A stretch of 64,000 bases of DNA from contig CAVYGB010000006.1 of NCBI GenBank assembly GCA_963767925.1, positions 256,001 through 320,000 of the forward strand, in the 5' to 3' direction. This document shows, one piece after another, positions 8,617 to 17,329 of the stretch. The first letter of the stretch is position 1, and each line of letters opens with the position of its first letter. Origin of the DNA: an uncultured delta proteobacterium. Its GTDB lineage: Bacteria; Myxococcota_A; Polyangia; Fen-1088. The position numbers and the translations under genes were made by a program. The notes under the pieces were generated by a model. That model was not told the origin of the DNA. It was given only the letters and a program-made list of their open reading frames with translations, and did no database searches.

Positions 8617-11600
8617 TCAACCCCCGGTCCGGGCCGCGGCGGCCAGAACCGGAGACAGCTCTGTCGTCTCGTCAGCCCCGGCCAGCGACGCGAGACTGCT
8701 GGCCAGGGCGGCTACGGTCTGGTGCTGGAAGAGCTCCTGGGCGGTCAGTCCGTAACCCATCTCGTTGAGCTGGGACACGATCTGGATGGCCTGGATGGAG
8801 TCGCCCCCGAGATCGAAGAAGTTGTCATTCAGACCGACGTCTTCGACCCCCAGCACGCGCTGCCAGACCTCGATCAGCTTCTGCTCGAGCTCACCGACCG
8901 AAGCGACGATCGGCGGGGCCGAAACGGCCTGCCCCGCCTCCGGGGAGGGTGCGGTCGCCTGGGCGGCGGCAACGGCCACCTGTCGTTCCGACGGGCGCTC
9001 CAGGGCCAGGCGCAAGGAGGCGTGCAGGTCGCGCGCCGAGACCACGACCTGAGGATGACCTTTCAGGAAGGCGAGCCGGCGGAAGGCCTCCGCCCCCTCG
9101 GCCGGGCTGATCCCCTGGGCGAGCTGATCGGCGTAGACCCGGTCGAGGGTCTTCTTCATCGGGCGTCGGGCGGCGGTGTCTTCCCAGCGGCCATACTGGC
9201 GATTGGCGAACGCGCGCACCTGCCCCGTGACGTCGTTGATCCGCTTCTGGGCGAAGGCCTCGATGTCCACCAGCTCGTCGCCCTCGCCGTTCATGAACAC
9301 CACGTCGAAGGTGATGGTCTGACCGGTCGGGTCGACCTCCTCCCGGAACCTCACGTGGACGAAGATCTTCCGCGTGAGCGGGCGGTGGAGCGTCAGTCGG
9401 CGGTAGCCCATCGGCAGGTAGATCCCGCTTCTGATCAGGAACTCCTTGCCTGTCCCGGTCGCCCGATCGAGCAGCGAGGGATGCAGCTTCATCGTGGCGA
9501 GCTCGGCGTTGAACATCTCCGGCAACTCGAGGATCGCCAGGTGCTCGTTCTTTCCCACGTGGGCCTCGCGCAGCGCCTGCCAGCGCGGTCCGAGATCCTC
9601 GTCGCGAGACGAATCGTCGGTGATGACCACGTGCCGGTCGGAGCAGCGGCGCATGAGAGCCTTCAGATCGTGGCGTCGCGGCGCAGTGGCGGGCACGAGG
9701 CGGATCTTCCCGCTGGCATAGTCCTTCCACTCGCGCCCACCCTGCCCGTTGACGCCCTCCCCTTGACCCTCGCTGGCCTGGCTACTGACACGGAAGCTGA
9801 AGCCGCCGGGATCATCTCTCTTGATGGTGGTCCGGACCTCACGTTGCTCGTCGTCCCTCAGCCCGAGGGGCGCCAGGAAGAAGGCGTCCCGGATCTCCAG
9901 GGCGGCGCCGCCGGCATGGCGCTCGACGGCGGCGCGAGCCATCTCCAGGTAGGCCGTGCCCGGCATCACGGCGCTACCGACGATCCGGTGTTCGTCGAGC
10001 ACCCAGTGCGTGCGGGGGCTCACCCGGGTCAGATAGACCTCGGTCCCGTCCGGCCCCTGGCTGTAATGGTCGAGCAAGGGGTGGTCGGACGTCGTCGTCG
10101 TCCCGGGCAGAGACGCGTGTCGGGCCGCCTTGTCCGCGAGCATGCCAACGCCTTTCCAGGCGTCCCAGTTCAGCGAGAGGATCGGGTTCATCGAGTCCCG
10201 GGTGGACGCAGCGAAGACATCGAGGAACGCATTCGCCGCACAGTAGTCGGACTGCCCGAAGCCGCCGAGGATCGCGCTGCGCGATGAGCACGCCACGAAG
10301 AAGTCGAGCGGTGTGTCGCCCAGCAGCGAGGCGAGAAGCCTCGTGCCGGTAACCTTGGGCGCCAGCACGGCCCGTATCGCCTCGCGCGTCTTGAGCTGGA
10401 TCATGCCCCCCCCGGCCACTCCGGCCGCGTGGATCACCCCGTGGATCTCGCCGAACCTCTCCCGGGCTCGGTCGAGCGCGCCGCTCAGCGAGGAGGCATC
10501 GCTCACGTCTGCGCTGAGGACGAGCACTTCCGCGCCCTTCGCCTCCAGCTCGCGCAGCCCCCGGATGCGCGTTGAGGTAACGTCTCCCTCCGGGTGGCCG
10601 TCGAGCCAGGACTGCCAGGTCTCGGGCGAAGGTAGCTCGGACCGACCGATCAGCACGAGCTTGACCGGTCCGGATTCAACCAGGCAACCTGCCAGGGTGA
10701 GCCCGATTCCCCCGAGCCCGCCGCTGATCAGGTAGACCCCGCCCGGCCGGACCCGGAACGAATCGGTCGAAGGCGATGCCAGGGAGGTGTAGGTCGGCTG
10801 CCAGCGATGACGGCCGTAGAGCGCGACTCTCTGCTGCGTGCCGTGCTCGCACTCGGTGACGAGCTGCTCGACCCTGCCTCCCGTCCAGGGTCGGCCCACC
10901 TCGAGGTCGAGGTCGATGTGGCGGCAGGTGAGGGTCGGATACTCCTGGGGGATGACCTGGCAGGCGCCAAACAGGGTAGCGCGCTCGGGCCCAAGCACCC
11001 GATTGCCGATGACGTCGTGGAGCTGGTTTGTCACGAACACGAGGTCGGTGGTCGTGGAATCGGGCAGACGACCGAGCGCCTGGGCCAGGTAGATGGCCGA
11101 CAGCAGGCTCGCGCCCGTCTCTCGCTCGGCCTCACCCTCGGCGGCGACATTGCCGAGGTGAAGAATCCGCGAGGGCCAGCGCCCCTCGGCGCGAAGACCG
11201 TTGAGCAGCCGCTCGTAGCCCTCCGGTCCGGAGGGGTGCAGGGCCAGCTCGCCGTCGACTCGCATCACCTCGATCCCGCGCCGGCTCAGCTCGGCGCCGA
11301 CCGCGTCGGCCAGCCCGTGCGCGTCGGCGAGCAGCAACCAGGGCCCCCGGTCGCTGGCCGTCCTGGACGTCACGAGTGGGCTTCGCTGCCAGGTCGGGAC
11401 ATAGAACCATTGATCGAGATCCGGGCGCTTCTCCAGGGTCTCGAGGGCGGTGTCGGTGGCCGAGGTGGACCCCGGGTCGACCCAGCAACGCTGCCGTTCG
11501 AAAGGATAGCCGGGCAACGTCACGCGCGAGCGCGCTTCGTGCCGGTGAAACCCGCTCCACTCGATGCTCCCTCCCACCATCCACAGCCGACCGAGGGTGG

Positions 11601-14130
11601 TGAGCAGGAAGGCCTCATCGGAGGTAGCCTCGCTGGGGTGTCGCAGGGTGCTCAGGACCACCTGCGCCGCTGCGCGGGCCGGATGGAGGCGGGCGAACGT
11701 GCTGAGGCTGCGCCCGGGGCCGACCTCCAGGAGGACCGAATCGGCCTGGCGGACCAGCTCGGCGAGGCCATCGGCGAACCGGACGGTGTGCCGCAGGTGG
11801 CGTACCCAGTACCCGGGGTCCGTGGCCTCGGCGGCGGTGATCCAGGTCCCGGTGAGGTTGGACAGGTAGGGGCGCTGAGGGGCGTGAAAGCGGGCTCCCG
11901 CGCAGATCTCCCCGAACTCGGCAAGGATCGGGTCGAGCATATGCGAGTGAAAAGCGTGTGAGGTGTGCAGGCGCCGAACCGCCACGCCTCCGGCTCCGAG
12001 CTCACGCTCCAGGCCTTCGATGGCCAGGAGGGGCCCGGACAGCACGCATGATTCGGGGCCATTCACGGCTGCCAGCGAGAGCTGCTTGGACGCCGCCAGC
12101 TCGCGGCAAGCGGCCTCTGTCTGGGGCACCACCAGCATGCCGCCCGGCGGAGCCTTCTGCACGACCCGGCCGCGCAGAGCTACGAGGCGGAGCGCGTCTT
12201 CCAGCGAGAAGACGCCGGCCAGGCAGGCGGCCACGTATTCGCCGATGCTGTGGCCGATCATCGCGCTCGGCTCCAGCCCCCACTCGCGGCACAGCGCCGC
12301 CAGGGCGTATTCGATCACGAACAGCGCGGGTTGAGCCAGCTCGGTCTGGCGCAGCCGCGCGCTGGCCCGGGCCTCATCGACGCCTGCCGCGGGGAAGATC
12401 ACCTCGAGGAGATCGACCCCCAGGATCGGCCGAAGTTGCCGGGTGCAGGCCTCGACCTCACGTCGAAACGTCGGTTCGTGCCGGTACAGATCGAGGCCCA
12501 TGCCGATGTACTGGGCCCCCTGGCCGGGGAACATGAACACGAGGTCCCGTTGCCGGGGCTCGTGAAACCCAGTCCGGCCCAGCGTCGGATCCAGGCTGCG
12601 AAGAGCGCGGCTCGCCTCGTCGCGATCCCGGCAGACGACCATGCGCCGGTGGGGCAGCTGCGCGCGCCCGACCTGGAGGGTGTAGGCGACGTCCGGCAGC
12701 TCCAGGGACTGATCCTGGTCCAGCCGCTCCGCCAGACGGCGCGTGCTCTCCTCGAGAGCCGAGCTCGTCCCGGCCGAGAGAAGGAGCAGTTGCTGGGGGC
12801 GGCTGGCCGACCCCGCCGGGCTGGGCGGGGCTTCCTCGAGCACGAGGTGGGCGTTGGTGCCACCGATCCCGAACGAGCTGACACCAGCACGCAGCGGCCG
12901 GGGACCCTGCCACTCCTTCAGGCTGTCGTTGACCCGGAAAGGGCCTGCCGCGAACGGGATCTCGGGGTTGGCCCGAGAGAAGTGCAAGCTGGGCGGCACC
13001 TGCCGGTGTTGCAGGGCGAGCACGGTCTTGATCAAGCTCGCGACACCGGCAGCCGCGTCGAGGTGCCCCAGGTTGCTCTTCACCGAACCGACGAGACAAG
13101 CGCCGGGGGCGGCGTTTCGGAAGGCTTCATTGAGGGCGGCGATCTCTATCGGATCGCCCATCCGTGTCCCCGTCCCGTGGGCTTCGAGGAAACTGATCGA
13201 GGCGGGATCGACGCCGGAGACGGCGTGCGCCTCGCAGACGACGCGGGCCTGTCCCTCGACGCTGGGCGCGGTGTAGCCGACCTTGCCCGACCCGTCGTTG
13301 CCGATGGCCGAGCCCCGGATGACCGCGTAGATCCGATCGCGATCGGCGAGGGCGTCGGCCAGGCGCTTGAGGACCACAACTCCCGCGCCGTTGCCGCTCA
13401 CCGTGCCCTGGGCCTCGGCGTCGAATGGCCGGCAGTGGCCATCGGGCGACATGATGCCGCCTTCCTCCGCCAGGTATCCGCTGCGCTGAGGTACCGTGAC
13501 CGACGCTCCCCCGGCCATCGCCAGATCACATTCGTGCTGCAAGAGGCTCTGGCAGGCCAGGTGGACCGCGACAAGCGACGTGGAGCAAGCGGTCTGCACC
13601 GTCACCGCCGGCCCCTTGAGGTTCAGGCGGTAGGCCACGTTGGTGGCGACGTGGTCGCCCCGGTTGCGGATCGAGGTCTGCAAGAACCCGCTCGCCTCCA
13701 CGACCTTGCGGTTGCTCAGCAGGTTGTTGAGGAGGTAGTGGTTGAAGCCGACGCCTCCGAAGACGCCGACCGTCTGCTTGCACCTGGCCGGGTCGTATCC
13801 GGCGTTCTCGAGGGCCTCCCAGGCACACTCCAGGAACAGGCGCTGCTGGGGATCGGTGAGCTCCGCCTCCCGGCGGGAGTAGCCGAAGAAGGCGGGGTCG
13901 AAGCCCTCCACGTCCTCCACGATCCCCCGTCGCCGCACGTAGCGGGGGTCGCGCGCCGCGCGCGTCTCCCCCTCTGGCAGCTCCAGTTCCTCGGGGGCGA
14001 AGGTCGCGATGCACTCCACGCCGTCGCGCAGGTTGCGCCAGAAAGTCTCCAGGTCCGGAGACCCGGGGAACCGTCCCGACATGCCGACGACGGCCACCCT
14101 CGGAAGCGAGTCGTCCGGAGCGTTACTCAT
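8617..14130 (-). CDS. Type I PKS module KS-AT(malonyl)-KR with nested DH-carrier protein
   Basis: Start reassigned to MSNAPDD (14130). KS: QTACSTS, EAHGTGT, KSNLGHLD. AT: GHSIGE, HAFHS. KR: GGLGGIG, APK, GQSDYCAAN. DH: HRIVGSAVMP, HPSLLD. Carrier: FFDLGGDSIQA. Confidence 0.95.
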   Translation of the reverse strand: MSNAPDDSLPRVAVVGMSGRFPGSPDLETFWRNLRDGVECIATFAPEELELPEGETRAARDPRYVRRRGIVEDVEGFDPAFFGYSRREAELTDPQQRLFLECAWEALENAGYDPARCKQTVGVFGGVGFNHYLLNNLLSNRKVVEASGFLQTSIRNRGDHVATNVAYRLNLKGPAVTVQTACSTSLVAVHLACQSLLQHECDLAMAGGASVTVPQRSGYLAEEGGIMSPDGHCRPFDAEAQGTVSGNGAGVVVLKRLADALADRDRIYAVIRGSAIGNDGSGKVGYTAPSVEGQARVVCEAHAVSGVDPASISFLEAHGTGTRMGDPIEIAALNEAFRNAAPGACLVGSVKSNLGHLDAAAGVASLIKTVLALQHRQVPPSLHFSRANPEIPFAAGPFRVNDSLKEWQGPRPLRAGVSSFGIGGTNAHLVLEEAPPSPAGSASRPQQLLLLSAGTSSALEESTRRLAERLDQDQSLELPDVAYTLQVGRAQLPHRRMVVCRDRDEASRALRSLDPTLGRTGFHEPRQRDLVFMFPGQGAQYIGMGLDLYRHEPTFRREVEACTRQLRPILGVDLLEVIFPAAGVDEARASARLRQTELAQPALFVIEYALAALCREWGLEPSAMIGHSIGEYVAACLAGVFSLEDALRLVALRGRVVQKAPPGGMLVVPQTEAACRELAASKQLSLAAVNGPESCVLSGPLLAIEGLERELGAGGVAVRRLHTSHAFHSHMLDPILAEFGEICAGARFHAPQRPYLSNLTGTWITAAEATDPGYWVRHLRHTVRFADGLAELVRQADSVLLEVGPGRSLSTFARLHPARAAAQVVLSTLRHPSEATSDEAFLLTTLGRLWMVGGSIEWSGFHRHEARSRVTLPGYPFERQRCWVDPGSTSATDTALETLEKRPDLDQWFYVPTWQRSPLVTSRTASDRGPWLLLADAHGLADAVGAELSRRGIEVMRVDGELALHPSGPEGYERLLNGLRAEGRWPSRILHLGNVAAEGEAERETGASLLSAIYLAQALGRLPDSTTTDLVFVTNQLHDVIGNRVLGPERATLFGACQVIPQEYPTLTCRHIDLDLEVGRPWTGGRVEQLVTECEHGTQQRVALYGRHRWQPTYTSLASPSTDSFRVRPGGVYLISGGLGGIGLTLAGCLVESGPVKLVLIGRSELPSPETWQSWLDGHPEGDVTSTRIRGLRELEAKGAEVLVLSADVSDASSLSGALDRARERFGEIHGVIHAAGVAGGGMIQLKTREAIRAVLAPKVTGTRLLASLLGDTPLDFFVACSSRSAILGGFGQSDYCAANAFLDVFAASTRDSMNPILSLNWDAWKGVGMLADKAARHASLPGTTTTSDHPLLDHYSQGPDGTEVYLTRVSPRTHWVLDEHRIVGSAVMPGTAYLEMARAAVERHAGGAALEIRDAFFLAPLGLRDDEQREVRTTIKRDDPGGFSFRVSSQASEGQGEGVNGQGGREWKDYASGKIRLVPATAPRRHDLKALMRRCSDRHVVITDDSSRDEDLGPRWQALREAHVGKNEHLAILELPEMFNAELATMKLHPSLLDRATGTGKEFLIRSGIYLPMGYRRLTLHRPLTRKIFVHVRFREEVDPTGQTITFDVVFMNGEGDELVDIEAFAQKRINDVTGQVRAFANRQYGRWEDTAARRPMKKTLDRVYADQLAQGISPAEGAEAFRRLAFLKGHPQVVVSARDLHASLRLALERPSERQVAVAAAQATAPSPEAGQAVSAPPIVASVGELEQKLIEVWQRVLGVEDVGLNDNFFDLGGDSIQAIQIVSQLNEMGYGLTAQELFQHQTVAALASSLASLAGADETTELSPVLAAAARTGG

Positions 14131-17100
14131 GATCTTCTTCCCTGCCTTTCCTGTTGCGTGCAGATCTGGCTGCGGCGATGCGCTGGTGCGCCCGGCTGGA
14201 GGCGGCCAGGGCCGGCGCCGCGGTGGCCTCCCTTCCGTCCAGGTAGCGGGCCAGCGCCGAGATTGTCGGATTGCGGAACAGCTCCACCATGGGGACATCG
14301 CGGCCGAGCGCCGCCCGGAGCCGGGCGTGAACCTTCACCATGCGAAGCGAATGCCCACCCACGTCGAAGAAGTTCTCCTCGAACCCCACCGTCGGCAGGT
14401 CCAGCACCTCCCGCCAGATCGCCGCGACGGTCTGCTGGGTCGGGGTGCCGCCGGGCTCGCCACCCTCGCCCTGCCCGGGGTGCGGATCGGCGGCGGGCAG
14501 CGTCGCCACATCGAGCTTGCCGTTCGTCGTGAGGGGGAACCGTTCCAGCACCACGAAGGCGCCGGGGACCATGTAGTCCGGGAGCCTCAGGCGGAGGTGG
14601 GCCCGCAGCCGCTCCCTGTTGATCTTGATGCCTGGCCTGGGCACGACGTACGCCACCAGCAGTGCCTCTCCGCTGTCGCGACCGCCTGCCCCGCCGCGCA
14701 CCAGCGCGAGCGCGTCGCGGACCTCGGGCGACCCGCGCAGCGCCGAGGCGATCTCGTCGAGCTCGATCCGGTTGCCGCGAAGCTTGACCTGATTGTCGAG
14801 CCGGCCAAGATAGCGGAGGGCGCCGCTGGCCAGTCGACAGGCGCGGTCTCCGGTCCGGTACATGCGGCTTCCCGGCACGGTCGAGAAGGGATCGACCAGG
14901 AAACGTTCCGCGCTCAGGCCGGGCTGGCCGCGGTAGCCACGGGCCACCCCTGCCCCTCCGATGAAGACTTCACCGGGGGCGCCGAGCGGCTGGGGCGAGA
15001 GGGACCCGTCCAGCACGTAGGTTTGGCAGCCTTCGATGTCGACTCCGATGTTCGACAGCGGGCCGGCCACGCGGGCCGCTGTCGCATCCACCGTGCATTC
15101 GGTCGGGCCGTAGACGTTGAAGAAGGTGGTGGCGTTCCAGCCAGCGAGGGTCGTCCACAGCTCATCGTCGATCGACTCCCCTCCCACCAGCACCGCCCGC
15201 AGACCACGTTCGGTCGAGCGGGTCCAGGCCTCGCAGTCGACGAGGGCCTTGAGCTGGGAGGGCGTGCAATCGAGGACGTCGAGCCGGCGCTCGCGGGCAA
15301 ACCGCCAGAGCGCCTCGGGATCGAGGCGAGCCTCCTCGGGGACCACGTGCAGGGTGTGGCCATCGAGGACCTGGATCCATTGCTTGACCGAAGCGTCGAA
15401 GACGGTGGGGGCGTTCAGGCTCACCTGGCAGGGTCCACCCAGAGGGGCGTACACAAGCCCCCGCAGGGCCTGCAGGAGGTTGACCACCGAGCGATGGCTC
15501 ACCTCCACCCCCTTGGGAGCGCCGCTCGAGCCCGAGGTGTAGATGACGTATGCCAGGTTGTCCGCCGAGCTTCGCGTATCGCAGTTGCTCTCGACGGACG
15601 AGAGGACGTCATCAGGCCCGTCGAGGCAGACCGTGACCAGGCCCGCGAGGGCCGATGATGCCGCCAGGGAGGTCTCGGTCAACACAACCCGGGCTCCCGT
15701 GTCCGCCAGGATGCCGCGCACGCGCCCGGAGGGATGGGCCGGAGAGAGCGGAACGTAGGCCCCTCCAGCCTTGAGCACGCCCAGGATCGCCGCAAGCACC
15801 TGGCTCGATCGGTCGAGAAAGAGCCCGACCGGGGTCTCGGGGCCCACGCCCATCGCGACCAGCGTGTGCGCGATGCGGTTGGCCCAGGCGTTGAGCTGAG
15901 CGAAGCTGAACGAGCGGCGGTGACACGAGGCCGCTGTCCGCGAGGGGGTTCGGGCCGCCTGGATCTCGAACAGCCGATGGAGCGTCGGCACGGGAGACGT
16001 CCGGACCGAAGGGGTCGATCCCGGATCCGCCGCCGGCAGCGGCGTCGCCGCCTGCTGGGGACCCGCCCCGAGGGCCGACGCCATCGCGTCGACGAGCGCG
16101 TGGATATAGGGCTCCTCCGCCGTGCAGGACTGGTAGCTGGCCCGGATCACGAGCTGCTCGGGACAGACCAGGCAGCACAGCTCCAGCCGGGCCGGGCCAG
16201 GATCGATGTAGAGGTCCTCCAGGGAGAAGGTGACGCCGCCCTGCTTTCGCGGTGACGGCCGCTCCAGGTAGCGAAACCCGACCCGCAGCTCGCTGCAGGC
16301 CTGCTCCGGATCGCGGTCGGGCCGAAAATACGGCAGCATCTGGCCGGCTTGCGCCAGGTCCTCCTGCACGTGCGCGGCCCGGCGGGACCGGTCCAGATCA
16401 CGCTCCCCCGAGATCAGCGGCACGGTGGTGGCGAGCGCGCCACAGAGCGCGTCCAGGGCTCCGTCGAACCGTCCCGGGAGGGTGACCCAGGTGGCAACCC
16501 CTGCGCCCTCGGAGAAGCGGAACAGGACCTCCTGCCAGGCCGCCAGCAACCAGGCCTCGACCGAGACACCAGCCTGGCTGGCCCTGTCGCGCAGCCCTTG
16601 CAGAGCGTGAGCGCCGACTCGCCGGTGGAACGTTCCGCCCGGCAAGGAAGGTTGCCCGCTGCTGCCACGGCCCTCGAAGGCGAACTTGACCGCCTGGCTG
16701 CCGGCCCGCTCGCTCCGCTCTTGCCAGTAGCGCCGCCCGGCCTCGCCCTCCTCGGCCACGATCAGGCCTTCTTGCCAGTCGAAGAGCTGGAGCTGCTGCA
16801 ACTCCGCCTCGCCTGGCGAGAACTCCCCGCCAGCACCGACCAACTGGCCGTATGCCGCCGTCATCTCGGCGAACACGATCTTCATGGTCTCGAGGTCGGC
16901 ACAGAGCGCCGGCAGGGTGAGCACGAGGACGTGTCGGCCGGGCCCCCCGGAGATGGAGCGGGCCCGGACGGCCGCGCCCGCCCCGGCTGTCGCCGCCTGA
17001 CGGCGTTCTTCCCGGGCCAGCTCCTCGGGATTCAGCGAGCAAGCGGGCGGCGTCTCGTCCCAGATCGGGGCGGCCAGCGGGGCCACGGTCTGCAGGGGGA

Positions 17101-17329
17101 ACCGCAAGCCAGCCACCGGGTGAAAGCTGGTCCGCAAGGCCGTGTGTCGGGCCATGACGAGCGCGAGGGCAGACCGGAGGGCGTCGGGATCCACCGGGCC
17201 TTCCAGGGAGACGACGGCCTGAGCCAGCGGCGCTTGCCCTGACTCGGTCGCAGCCCACAGGCGCCGCTGCTGCGCCGACAGGGGAAATCCGGCGAGAGGC
17301 CGGGACGGCGCGGCCCCGGGTGTGCTCAC
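14123..17329 (-). CDS. NRPS: Interface (non-canonical C) domain-A(Glu, code DAKDLGVVDK)-T
   Basis: C-like N-terminus with LPALCAD in place of HHxxxD; A motifs FDASVKQ, DCTPS, LVGGE, NVYGPTECTVD; PCP FFDVGGHSL. Confidence 0.9.
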   Translation of the reverse strand: MSTPGAAPSRPLAGFPLSAQQRRLWAATESGQAPLAQAVVSLEGPVDPDALRSALALVMARHTALRTSFHPVAGLRFPLQTVAPLAAPIWDETPPACSLNPEELAREERRQAATAGAGAAVRARSISGGPGRHVLVLTLPALCADLETMKIVFAEMTAAYGQLVGAGGEFSPGEAELQQLQLFDWQEGLIVAEEGEAGRRYWQERSERAGSQAVKFAFEGRGSSGQPSLPGGTFHRRVGAHALQGLRDRASQAGVSVEAWLLAAWQEVLFRFSEGAGVATWVTLPGRFDGALDALCGALATTVPLISGERDLDRSRRAAHVQEDLAQAGQMLPYFRPDRDPEQACSELRVGFRYLERPSPRKQGGVTFSLEDLYIDPGPARLELCCLVCPEQLVIRASYQSCTAEEPYIHALVDAMASALGAGPQQAATPLPAADPGSTPSVRTSPVPTLHRLFEIQAARTPSRTAASCHRRSFSFAQLNAWANRIAHTLVAMGVGPETPVGLFLDRSSQVLAAILGVLKAGGAYVPLSPAHPSGRVRGILADTGARVVLTETSLAASSALAGLVTVCLDGPDDVLSSVESNCDTRSSADNLAYVIYTSGSSGAPKGVEVSHRSVVNLLQALRGLVYAPLGGPCQVSLNAPTVFDASVKQWIQVLDGHTLHVVPEEARLDPEALWRFARERRLDVLDCTPSQLKALVDCEAWTRSTERGLRAVLVGGESIDDELWTTLAGWNATTFFNVYGPTECTVDATAARVAGPLSNIGVDIEGCQTYVLDGSLSPQPLGAPGEVFIGGAGVARGYRGQPGLSAERFLVDPFSTVPGSRMYRTGDRACRLASGALRYLGRLDNQVKLRGNRIELDEIASALRGSPEVRDALALVRGGAGGRDSGEALLVAYVVPRPGIKINRERLRAHLRLRLPDYMVPGAFVVLERFPLTTNGKLDVATLPAADPHPGQGEGGEPGGTPTQQTVAAIWREVLDLPTVGFEENFFDVGGHSLRMVKVHARLRAALGRDVPMVELFRNPTISALARYLDGREATAAPALAASSRAHQRIAAARSARNRKGREEDHE

